DNA of 64,000 nt from a bacterium (lineage in GTDB: Bacteria > UBA8248 > JACPRG01 > G963555815). Location of the stretch: the NCBI GenBank assembly GCA_965218795.1, contig OZ244653.1:2208001-2272000 (forward strand). Reading direction: 5' to 3'. Of the stretch, positions 55,168-64,000 are shown one piece after another. Within the stretch, counting starts at the first letter, position 1. Each line of letters opens with the position of its first letter. The notes under the pieces are model-generated. The model saw only the letters and a list, made by a program, of their open reading frames with translations, was not told the origin of the DNA and did not search any database. The position numbers and the translations under genes were made by a program.

Positions 55168-56151
55168 CTAGAAGAGCCGGTGTAGATCCTCTTTCCTGAC
55201 CGTAGCCGTTCCGATCTGCTGAACAACGGATTCGGCCGCGCGGATGGCGAATTCCGCGGTCTCCTCGATTCCGCCTCCCGCCAGCAGTCCCAAGGTCAGA
55301 GCGCCGGTCACCGTATCCTTGACACCGGTCGGATCCATGATCTTACTCGGGTCCAGGGAAACCACCGCCTTCCTGTCCGTATCGTTCTCCCGGTAGTTCA
55401 TCCATAGCTCTCGCTCGCCCCGGAGGATCGCCAAAACCTCACACCCGAGCATCTCCCGGACGCGCCTTCCCATCATCTCCGTCTCCATGGGCACAGACGA
55501 CATCTCTCGCAGAAAATAGGTTTCCGCCTGGTCATCGCTCAAGACGACGAGGCGCGCACCGTATACCTCTTTGAACAAGTGAGCCTTGGATTCCACGACG
55601 GTGAACTTCCCCTGATCGCGTCCTTTGTCCAGAAGTTCGCGCGCGAAGGATTGATGGCCGAATATCCCCTTGTCGTAATCCGAGACGACGACCGCGTCCA
55701 CCATGGGAAGATAGTATTCGATGTAGGTCCGCATGGAGGCCATTTCCAGGTCGGTGGGCGGATCGGACACTTCGTAGTCGATTCGAACGACCGGAGACGA
55801 GCCTTCTGTCGACATGATTCGCACCTTTTGGGTGGTCGGCCGCCCGGACACCGGGAAAATCCCGCTCGTTTCGATTCCTGCCTCGTTGCACCCCCGTCTG
55901 AACCAGTGGGCCGCGTCGTCATAGCCGACCAGACCGCAAAGGTAGACCTCCGCCCCGAATGCATTCAGGTTGTGGGCAAGATTCGCCGCACCGCCCAGGG
56001 CGTACTCCTCCCGGGTGGCTTGCAGGATGGGAAAAGACGCCTGCAAGGACGGAGACGACTGGGTCCAAACGTACCGGTCCGCCATCAGGTCGCCAATGAC
56101 GAGCATACGGCAATCTTGAAACCGACGGATCTGGCTGCTCAATTCCGTCAT
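55168..56151 (-). CDS. RfaE/HldE domain I-like PfkB sugar kinase
   Basis: LVIGDLMADRY, LGGAANLAHNL, RPTTQKVR, VSDYDKG, DPTGVKDTV. Confidence 0.8.
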   Translation of the reverse strand: MTELSSQIRRFQDCRMLVIGDLMADRYVWTQSSPSLQASFPILQATREEYALGGAANLAHNLNAFGAEVYLCGLVGYDDAAHWFRRGCNEAGIETSGIFPVSGRPTTQKVRIMSTEGSSPVVRIDYEVSDPPTDLEMASMRTYIEYYLPMVDAVVVSDYDKGIFGHQSFARELLDKGRDQGKFTVVESKAHLFKEVYGARLVVLSDDQAETYFLREMSSVPMETEMMGRRVREMLGCEVLAILRGERELWMNYRENDTDRKAVVSLDPSKIMDPTGVKDTVTGALTLGLLAGGGIEETAEFAIRAAESVVQQIGTATVRKEDLHRLF

Positions 56152-56602
56152 GGGGTCTCTCCGTCAAGGCAAGCAAGGCAATCCGCGGGGAAGGCGGGAA
56201 GCCTTGATGCTCATCGATGAACCGATGCTTGTATGCGCAACCTTACACGCTGGAATTCATCACTGACCATGATGACTGGCCAGAACCCAAACGCTGGAAA
56301 AGATTCCAATCACGCGGGTCTGTTCCGGACCATGAAAGATGAGCTGGCGAGCAGCGCCACCCCAGCCGGTGATGAACAGGACCGGCTCACCGCCCGCCCA
56401 CCATGCTTCGAAATCTTCCGGAACGATATAGGGAATTCGGTGTCTGAATGGACTCGCCGAGAGGGACCGAGAGCCTACGCAATCAAGGGAGCTCTCGAGA
56501 CAAAACGACAAGACCTTTCGGGAGACTCTGCTGACCGAAGCGGAGAACTTCCCCCCAATCGACAGCTCGACCGGCTCACGGTGCTTACGAATGCATGTTG
56601 GT

Positions 56603-57976
56603 TCAGAAAGGATAATCCAGGCCAACGCGGACGTTCAACCCTTCATCCGCCGCTCCGATATCAATTTTCCCTACGACATTCGGTCGTACGACCGCCCGGA
56701 TGCCTACTCCATAACTCACCTCGATCTGTCTCAGCCTGATATCTTCGACATCATTGAAGACTTGACCGAATTCAACGAACGGAGCCGCCTCCACGTCAAA
56801 GGGGACCCGCAGCATATTCAGTCGAGCCACCCGAATCCGCTCTTCCAGGTTTATCAGACCCACCCCGCGGTCTACAAACCGACCGCTGGGAAATCCGCGG
56901 AAATCCTTCCCTCCCAGTATGCTCAACTCGTAATGGGGAAGGTTTCTGTTGTCCACGAAACCTCCGAATATTCGCACCGCGCTGACCCATTGCCGACTCG
57001 GCCAAGGGATGTAAGCCTTCGCCTCCCCGATGATTCTTGTGAAAGACTCCGCGCTCCCCAAGGTCTTCTGGGAAAATTCCAGTTCCACCAATCCGTAATA
57101 ACCCTCAATCGGAGTGTTCTCGGAGTCGCGTTGCTCGAAGGTCATACGGATGCCCCGGGCCGAGAAGGTATTCCTCGTCCCCACGCCGAGGCTCCCCGGA
57201 AAGGTATCTCCTATGAAGGGATCGGTAGAGCCTCCACCGTCTTCGATGATTGCCGAGCGCAAGCGTTCGTTATAGCTGATGCGGAAGTGCTCCATGAAGT
57301 TGATCCCAAGGCTCAAAAAGAACTTGAAGTGACTGAGGATCATGCCGGACTTATCCTGCTTTCTGCTGTCCGGACCGAGGCCGTAGAACACCTTGGTGGG
57401 CTCCCGCTCGTAGCGCGCTCCCAAGGCGCCGGCAAAGCGGTCATCTTCTCCGATTCGAGGGGCTTCAATCTGGGCAAGATAATCCGAATCCACATCAATG
57501 GCCTGAACGGCGACCATCTGATACTTGGCCCCCTTGGGGAGATAGCCCAACCACCGAACCGCGCCTTTCAAACCGGTTTTGGTGTTGAAGATGACCGACG
57601 GCGCAAAAATATTCTTGATTCTCCCGCTCCCTTCCTTATCGAAGAACAAGACAACGGGAAGAACACCAAAGTCGGAGCCCATGTTCGGATTCGTTGCGAT
57701 CGCCGGCAAGGGAATAAACAGAGGCTTCGTTCGACGTCCGTCTTCCGACAGAACAGGACGGCGCCTGAACACGGAGGGCATGAACTGCGCCTCAAGAAGA
57801 ATAGGAGAGAATGCATTGACATGGGGTGACTGGATGGTTTCCTCTGGACGGAGGACCATCAGTTTCGTCTTCATGTCTCCTTTCTGAGACGCACTCCAAT
57901 TCGGATTGGGGAATGCCAGCCCGAAGAAGGCAAGAATCAATCCATAGAACACCAACCGTCTATTTCGAGGATTCAT
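56603..57976 (-). CDS. Omp85 (BamA/TamA-like) outer-membrane beta-barrel protein
   Basis: Signal-like N-terminus; LGG..FRGFPSGRFVDR, SYGVGIR, terminal LDYPF. Confidence 0.8.
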   Translation of the reverse strand: MNPRNRRLVFYGLILAFFGLAFPNPNWSASQKGDMKTKLMVLRPEETIQSPHVNAFSPILLEAQFMPSVFRRRPVLSEDGRRTKPLFIPLPAIATNPNMGSDFGVLPVVLFFDKEGSGRIKNIFAPSVIFNTKTGLKGAVRWLGYLPKGAKYQMVAVQAIDVDSDYLAQIEAPRIGEDDRFAGALGARYEREPTKVFYGLGPDSRKQDKSGMILSHFKFFLSLGINFMEHFRISYNERLRSAIIEDGGGSTDPFIGDTFPGSLGVGTRNTFSARGIRMTFEQRDSENTPIEGYYGLVELEFSQKTLGSAESFTRIIGEAKAYIPWPSRQWVSAVRIFGGFVDNRNLPHYELSILGGKDFRGFPSGRFVDRGVGLINLEERIRVARLNMLRVPFDVEAAPFVEFGQVFNDVEDIRLRQIEVSYGVGIRAVVRPNVVGKIDIGAADEGLNVRVGLDYPF

Positions 57977-58234
57977 CAATATCCACATATGCCTCTGGCG
58001 GTCCATCGGACCATGTCCCGCCATCCATCCATCAAGAGCAGACGAACCCCTCGCTTGCATGACGACCGATCTGATTCAGTTCTTACTCGGCAAGTGCAGC
58101 GGGCTGTTCCTCTTGGACGGATAACAAGTCTCAAGTATACCGTGCAGCCAAAAGTAGCTGCAAGGCAGATACCAGCATAGAATCTCCATTCATTATAACC
58201 CCGATATAAAGAATCCAATCGCGTGACTCTCATA

Positions 58235-58264
58235 TTGACAAAAGGTTGGAGGAGTGCGTAGCGT
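58235..58264 (+). promoter_or_regulatory. Possible sigma70-type promoter
   Basis: TTGACA-18 nt-TAGCGT upstream of ATG 58341. Confidence 0.35.
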
Positions 58265-58340
58265 AAAGTAATACTTCAAGATTTCTTCAACAAACAGTTT
58301 ATCCTATTGGGGGAATGATGTCGCCCCAGTTTTAGACCAC

Positions 58341-59270
58341 ATGCGAGTGAAGGCCTGTCTGCTTGTCCTTATCGTCATCATTACGGCGTTTTCCCTAGAT
58401 CCAAGAACCCTTTGGGCTATAAGCTTTGGCAAGCCCGCTGTGATGGATCCGCGGGAGATATACGCCGCGCTGCCAGAACTCCCCCCGAAGAAATAACCCA
58501 GGAAAGAAGGCGTGGATCCTCACGGAACCCTTGGGGTCCCTGTCCGTCCGGAATTTTCAACCCGTTCATCTGCTGTTGAGTTCACCCCGGAACGGGCGTA
58601 TGCCCTGCCCCAAGGACGTATCGATGTCCGCTTGGACATCTCCGGGTCCAACACCTGTTGGATGACACAGGCAAGGAGCCGCCGTTCAAAGCCAATACGG
58701 AAATGATTCGATTCACAGGCCGGGTCAAATACGGTCTGACCTACAAAGCCACTCTGGGTCTCAATATCCCCGTGGTTTATATCCACGGCCCGCTCCTGGA
58801 TGTCTTCATCTAATGTACAAAAATCAAACTTCGGTGTAGGCGACGTCTCTGTCGAGGGAATGTATCAAAATTCTGCAGGAAACCTTCTGGATACCCGCGA
58901 TTTCCATACGGGCAGCCGTAAAATTCCCCACCGGCAAACTTGAATATCTCCATGGAAGCGGCAGGTTTGATGGAGTGTTCGGGGTGGCCATCCAAAAAAT
59001 CCGGGGCCGCTGGAGCGCTGCCACGGGCGGGAGTATGACCATCCCCCCAAATCCGTTCAAGGCCTCGGGACTCAAGCCGGATCCCATTGGCTACGGTCAT
59101 TAAAATGGGCGCTCGGGATTCAGATGAAGCCGGTCGGCGGTCTGATGAAATCAAATACGCAACCCAAAGTTCGCCCTCTCACGAACCGGATCATGGAAAT
59201 CAATCTGGGCGCCAAGTGGGCCTTTGCGCGCGACTGACTGGCGCAATTCGGTATCGTCCAGAATTTTGAG
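58341..59270 (+). pseudogene. Exported/outer-membrane protein remnant (DUF3187/transporter-like)
   Basis: Signal peptide MRVKACLLVLIVII; later PAISIRAAVKFPTGK...GSGRFD; several stops and frameshifts. Confidence 0.45.
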
Positions 59271-59579
59271 AATTCCTCCGCAGTGGATGCGGATCTCACG
59301 TTTTCCCTCACCATAGGAAGCCGGGTTGACCTCCGATAAGCCCCCGGAACTCCTCTCCGGGGATGAATCGCGTGGTTGACAATTTTCCAGTCCGCACCTA
59401 GCATGAAAAAATAGAAATTTCGATTTCGGCTCGCGGTGGAACGTCGGGCCGGGGCGAAGAGGCGTACATTCCTACAGTTCACTTTCAGGTGGATTCGCCC
59501 ACATTGAATACGATTCACGGGCAGCCAATACCCCCCAAGACTTCCGGGCATTGGCGTTTTATCAAGTAGGAGGACGGTC

Positions 59580-60725
59580 GTGTCCATCCCACTGATACAA
59601 CAATTTCGCGTCGGCACTTACCTCCTGAAAAACAAGCTCCAGGGGAAAAGGCGATTTCCCTTGGTGTTGATGCTCGAGCCGCTGTTCCGTTGCAATCTCG
59701 CCTGCGCGGGTTGCGGAAAGATCGATTACCCAGAAGACATACTGAATATGCGGCTCGGCGTGGATGAGTGCCTCAGGGCGGTGGATGAATGCGGGGCTCC
59801 GATTGTCTCCATTCCCGGTGGGGAGCCCTTGATTCATAAAGAGATTGGCGCAATCGTAGCGGGCATCGTTGAACGACGGAAGTTTGTCTATCTCTGCACC
59901 AACGCCCTCCTCCTGGACAAGCGGCTTGACTTGTTCAACCCCAGCCCCTATCTCACGTTTTCCATTCATCTGGACGGGGATCAGGAACATCATGACGCCT
60001 CGGTCTGTCAGGAGGGCGTCTACGATAAGGTGGTTGAGGTTATCCAAGAAGTCCGAAAACGGGGGTTCCGGGCCAATATCAACTGCACGCTGTTTGATGG
60101 CGTCGATGCGAAAAACGTTTCCTCGTTCTTCGATTCCGTGATGGACATGGGCATCGATTCGATCACGGTTTCGCCCGGATACGCTTACGAAAGGGCGCCC
60201 GACCAGGAACACTTCCTCAGCCGACAGAAGACGAAATCCCTCTTCCGGAATATTTTTCGGATGGGGAAAAACGCCAAATGGCGATTCAGCCATTCGTCTC
60301 TGTATCTGGATTTTCTGGCAGGCAACCAAACATACCACTGCACCCCTTGGGGAAATCCGACTTACAACATCTTTGGTTGGCAAAAGCCGTGTTACCTCCT
60401 GGGCGAGGGCTATACATCGACCTTCCAAGAATTGATGGAAGAAACGGACTGGGAGAGTTATGGAACCGGCAATTACGAGAAATGCTCGAATTGCATGGCC
60501 CATTGCGGCTACGAATCAACCGCGGTCGCAGATATGTTCTCCAATCCGTTGAAGGCCCTGAAGGTCTCCCTCCGAGGCGTGCGGACGGAGGGTCCCATGG
60601 CCCCGGAGATACCGCTGCATCATGCCCGCCCCGCCGTTTATGACTATGAAGAGAAGGTCAAGCAATGGAGTATCGAAGTGAAGCGCAAGGAGACCGGGAA
60701 GCAGGAGACCGCTGCGGTCGCTTGA
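59580..60725 (+). CDS. hpnH: Adenosyl-hopene transferase, radical SAM
   Basis: FPLVLMLEPLFRCNLACAGCGKI, SIPGGEP, CTPWGNPT, GWQKPCYLL, KCSNCMAHCGYE. Confidence 0.95.
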   Translation: MSIPLIQQFRVGTYLLKNKLQGKRRFPLVLMLEPLFRCNLACAGCGKIDYPEDILNMRLGVDECLRAVDECGAPIVSIPGGEPLIHKEIGAIVAGIVERRKFVYLCTNALLLDKRLDLFNPSPYLTFSIHLDGDQEHHDASVCQEGVYDKVVEVIQEVRKRGFRANINCTLFDGVDAKNVSSFFDSVMDMGIDSITVSPGYAYERAPDQEHFLSRQKTKSLFRNIFRMGKNAKWRFSHSSLYLDFLAGNQTYHCTPWGNPTYNIFGWQKPCYLLGEGYTSTFQELMEETDWESYGTGNYEKCSNCMAHCGYESTAVADMFSNPLKALKVSLRGVRTEGPMAPEIPLHHARPAVYDYEEKVKQWSIEVKRKETGKQETAAVA

Positions 60726-60779
60726 CGCCTTCTCCGCTCCCATTGCACAACGACGTTTCTTCCGATTGACTCCCCGAAA

Positions 60780-61796
60780 TTGAAGATCTTCGTCACGGGC
60801 GGTTCCGGGTTCGTCGGGGCCAATCTCATACGCCTGCTGGTATCAGAGGGCCACACCGTCAGGGCGCTCGTCCGCCCTGGAAGTCTGCGCGCGCACTTGG
60901 CCGACCTTCCCCTGGATCGCCTCGATTGGGAAGAAGGAGACCTGACGGCTGACGGGAATTTTTTACGGTCGGCCCTGGAAGGTTGCCGTCAGCTCTATCA
61001 CGTCGCCGCGGATTACCGCCTCTGGGTCCCCGATCCCGAGCGGATGTATGCCATTAATGTCGAAGGGACACGGTCCATCCTGGAATCGGCGCGGGATGCA
61101 GGCGTGGACAAGGCCGTCCACTGCAGTTCGGTCGCGGTGCTCGGAAATTCACCTGACGGCTCGCCACTGGATGAATCGGCGGATCCCGGTGTCAATGCCC
61201 TGGAAGGACACTACCGAAAATCGAAATTTCTGGGGGAGAAGGAAGCGATGACAGTCAATGCCGAGGGGTTCCCGGTCGTCGTGGTCAACCCCAGCGCCCC
61301 TGTCGGGCCTTGGGACGTGAAGCCGACGCCCACCGGCCGGATCATTCTGGACTTCCAAAAAGGAAAGATACCCGCCTTTTTGAACACCGGGTTGAACCTC
61401 GTGGACGTTCGGGATGTCGTCCGGGGTCACATGCTTGCCATGGAACGGGGTAGGCCCGGGGAGCGTTACATTCTGGGCAACGTCAATCTTTCACTACAAC
61501 AAATTCTGGAGATCCTGGCGGAAATCCTGGATCGGCGAGCCCCCCGAATCCGGATACCGCACGGAATCGCTCTGGCGATGGCTCATGTCAATGAAGCCAT
61601 ATCGAGGTTCATCACGCACAAGCAGCCCCTCATCCCTCTCTCGGCCGTGAGGCATGCGGCCCACTACATGTTTTACCGGTCAGATAAGGCGGTCCGGGAG
61701 CTCGGCTTCCGGCAGACCCCGATTCATACGGCACTTCACGATGCGGCCTGGTGGTTCAAAGAAAACGGGTACGTGACTGGAGAACCGAATTATTGA
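60780..61796 (+). CDS. hpnA: Hopanoid-associated sugar epimerase/NAD-dependent dehydratase
   Basis: VTGGSGFVG, HVAADYRLW, YRKSK, DVKPTPTG, TGLNLVDVRDV; follows hpnH. Confidence 0.85.
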   Translation: MKIFVTGGSGFVGANLIRLLVSEGHTVRALVRPGSLRAHLADLPLDRLDWEEGDLTADGNFLRSALEGCRQLYHVAADYRLWVPDPERMYAINVEGTRSILESARDAGVDKAVHCSSVAVLGNSPDGSPLDESADPGVNALEGHYRKSKFLGEKEAMTVNAEGFPVVVVNPSAPVGPWDVKPTPTGRIILDFQKGKIPAFLNTGLNLVDVRDVVRGHMLAMERGRPGERYILGNVNLSLQQILEILAEILDRRAPRIRIPHGIALAMAHVNEAISRFITHKQPLIPLSAVRHAAHYMFYRSDKAVRELGFRQTPIHTALHDAAWWFKENGYVTGEPNY

Positions 61797-63004
61797 TACA
61801 ATTCCCCCGGCAAGTCATACAGAAGCCGCGCCGCCCGCAGGAGCAGAACATCATTGACCCCGTCTGAATGGAGAAAGCTGGCCGCGTCCCGCAAGTATTT
61901 CTCCATGGGGTAGTCCTTCATATAACCGTAACCCCCGAACAACTCCATCGCCTCCTTCGCTACTTCGAAGGAAATCTCCGCGGAGAACACTTTGGTCATC
62001 GCCGGCATAGACCATTCGGTCTCCTCGTCGGGGGATTCGATATTGCTGGCGGCCCGGTAGAGATAGGCGCGGGCGGCATCGAGGCGCATCTTCATTCGGG
62101 CGAGGCGGTGGTGGACCAGTTGGTGGTGGATCATCGTCTTCCCGCCGACAAATCGCTCCTTGGCGTGCTCAACGGCCGCCTCGTAGGCCGCGCGCGCCGT
62201 GCCGAGGACGGTCGCCCCGGCCTGAATGCTGCTTCCCTCCGCGGCAAAAAACCGAAGCACGTCGGGCAGGCCGCTTCCGCGACGGCCGACGAGGTTCTCC
62301 TCCGGAATCTCGCAGTTGTTCATGACTATCGTGCTGTTCCAGACAAGCCGCTGGCCCATCTTGTCCTCAGTTTTCCCGATGGAGAAACCCGGCGCATCGT
62401 GAGGGACGATAAATGGGCTGATACGTTCATAGACGTTCTCTTCCGAGTCGGTGACTGCGAATATGAGATAAAGCTTCGAAAGACCCGCATTGGAGATGAA
62501 ATGTTTGGTCCCGTTGAGGACCCAAGCGCCGTTTTTCAACTCGGCCCGGGCCTGGAGCGTGGAGTCCTTTCGCTCAATGGGGACGATGTAGTTTGACCCC
62601 CCCGTCGGCTCCGTAATGCCGATCGAAAGCAGACACTCCGGGTCATCCCGGAACATCGGGATGAAGCGCTTCTTCTGGTCCTCGTTGCAGAGATTCACGA
62701 TGGCGGCGGAGATCTTCCAAACATGGTCGAGGCAGACCGCAAACCCCAGGTCGCCCACCGCCATCTCCTCGCCCACGACGCACCGGGTCACGATGTCGGC
62801 TCCGATTCCGCCGTCCGCCTCGCTCAGGGAGAGCGTTCGAAGACCGAGGGCATCCGCCTTTCGCAACAGGTCCCAGGAAAATCCTTTCTTGGGGTCAGGT
62901 TCACGGTCAAGATGATCACGGACCGGGATGACCTCCTCCCGGACGAACTTCCTCACCGTGTTTCGAAGCATCATTTGCTGTTCAGTAAGACTGAAATCGA
63001 CCAT
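61790..63004 (-). CDS. Acyl-CoA dehydrogenase-family protein
   Basis: MVDFSLTEQQ, ITEPTGGS, LNGTKHFISN, EDKMGQR, FGGYGYMKDYPMEKYLRDA. Confidence 0.92.
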   Translation of the reverse strand: MVDFSLTEQQMMLRNTVRKFVREEVIPVRDHLDREPDPKKGFSWDLLRKADALGLRTLSLSEADGGIGADIVTRCVVGEEMAVGDLGFAVCLDHVWKISAAIVNLCNEDQKKRFIPMFRDDPECLLSIGITEPTGGSNYIVPIERKDSTLQARAELKNGAWVLNGTKHFISNAGLSKLYLIFAVTDSEENVYERISPFIVPHDAPGFSIGKTEDKMGQRLVWNSTIVMNNCEIPEENLVGRRGSGLPDVLRFFAAEGSSIQAGATVLGTARAAYEAAVEHAKERFVGGKTMIHHQLVHHRLARMKMRLDAARAYLYRAASNIESPDEETEWSMPAMTKVFSAEISFEVAKEAMELFGGYGYMKDYPMEKYLRDAASFLHSDGVNDVLLLRAARLLYDLPGELYQ

Positions 63005-63049
63005 GAAGATGGACCCTCCCCGCGAACGTAAAATTGAGACCCGTCCCAA

Positions 63050-63661
63050 ACGTCAGTTCTGCAGAAGCTCCCGTCATTCCCGGGTCAGGGCGGGCACAAC
63101 CTGCCTGAAGTCGCCGACGATTTCGGACCGATTTCGCTGAAAATGGGGGCCTCCGGATCCACATTGACGGCCACGATTTTTTGCTGGGACCCGCGCCCGC
63201 CATGTGCTGCATGGCGCCGGAAATGCGATGGCGATGTAGAGATTGGGACTTACAACTTTCCCGGTCCGCCCTTCGCCCACGGACTCCCGGCTCGCTCCAA
63301 CGGCTCCCTTGAGAACGCCTGCGGGTGCGTGCGCACAATCGAAGCTCTCGGCCCCTCCGATTCTCCGGCCTCCGCTGGCAACGATCTCCGTCTCCTCCAA
63401 TCGCATCCCCTCGGCTTCGACCCGTCGCGTCTCGACGAAGGCGACCGTCAACCGGCCGGCGTCGATGGAAACTTCACTCTTGACGAGAACCCCTGAGCGC
63501 CCCACCTGCACATCCTCCCGGGTAAAGGCCTTGTTTCGGATCTCGACCCATCCGCCGCCGTTCCCTTTGGGCCGGACATGGCTGATAGCGCTGCCTCTAT
63601 AGACCGGACGGACGGTCTTCAACTCTCCGTCGCCCCAAAGAAGTCGGCGCAATCATGCCAT
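63050..63661 (-). pseudogene. etfA: Electron transfer flavoprotein alpha subunit remnant
   Basis: RPVYRGS, LEETEIVASGGR, GAVGASR, GKVVSPNLYIA, ISGAMQHMAG across frames; upstream of acyl-CoA dehydrogenase. Confidence 0.7.
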
Positions 63662-64000
63662 AGCTCATCCTCCGGCGGAAGGCTGCGCGCGGGGCCACGT
63701 CCCGGCCCTCCTTTGAGTCAGAGGGCTGACTGGGGCGGCGTCCTCGACTTCATTTCTCAGTGCGTTTTCAATCCTCTGATCGCAAGAAACGGCTTCTTCT
63801 GCCACGAGTTCCTGGCTGACGGCAGCACTCGTTCACGAAATTTTTTCGCGTCATCCTCGGTTGGCTTTGCCCGATTCTTTAACGATGCTCATGCGAGGAC
63901 TCCATTGGCCCGGATGGTGGAATTCAGTAAGATGAAACCTGTCGATTCGCGATGGATCAGCACCGAACGGTTCGAATTCCCCGAGGGCTATCGATAACCT

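Noticed and set aside
56233-56625. Short ORFs between the Omp85 and kinase genes
   Set aside because: No recognisable motifs; probably decayed DNA
63680-64000. Possible EtfB C-terminal remnant on the minus strand
   Set aside because: Context fits but the sequence is too degenerate to support

Overview
The window has two parts. About 1-42.9 kb is a GC-rich, heavily decayed mobile/defence island. It holds IS481, IS110 (with a candidate bridge RNA) and IS630 elements, IS3/IS5 scraps, a TraD + TrwC (MOBF) mobilisation pair without mating-pair genes, AbiE-type and VapBC toxin-antitoxin pairs, a remnant type I R-M locus with cargo (AAA ATPase + DUF4276) and a broken DruA. It also holds several intact defence-like genes: a REase-NACHT protein, an uncharacterised protein + PLD-like pair, and a low-GC orphan. 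About 43-64 kb looks like host chromosome: selenoneine genes senA/senB next to a betaine/ergothioneine-class ABC transporter, MFS and GlcG-like genes, hopanoid genes hpnH/hpnA, and metabolic genes. Many genes carry frameshifts, in-frame stops or microhomology-bounded deletions, which suggests genome erosion; single-base indels could partly be sequencing error. No rRNA, tRNA or CRISPR array was seen. All family assignments come from motif recognition by eye, not database searches.
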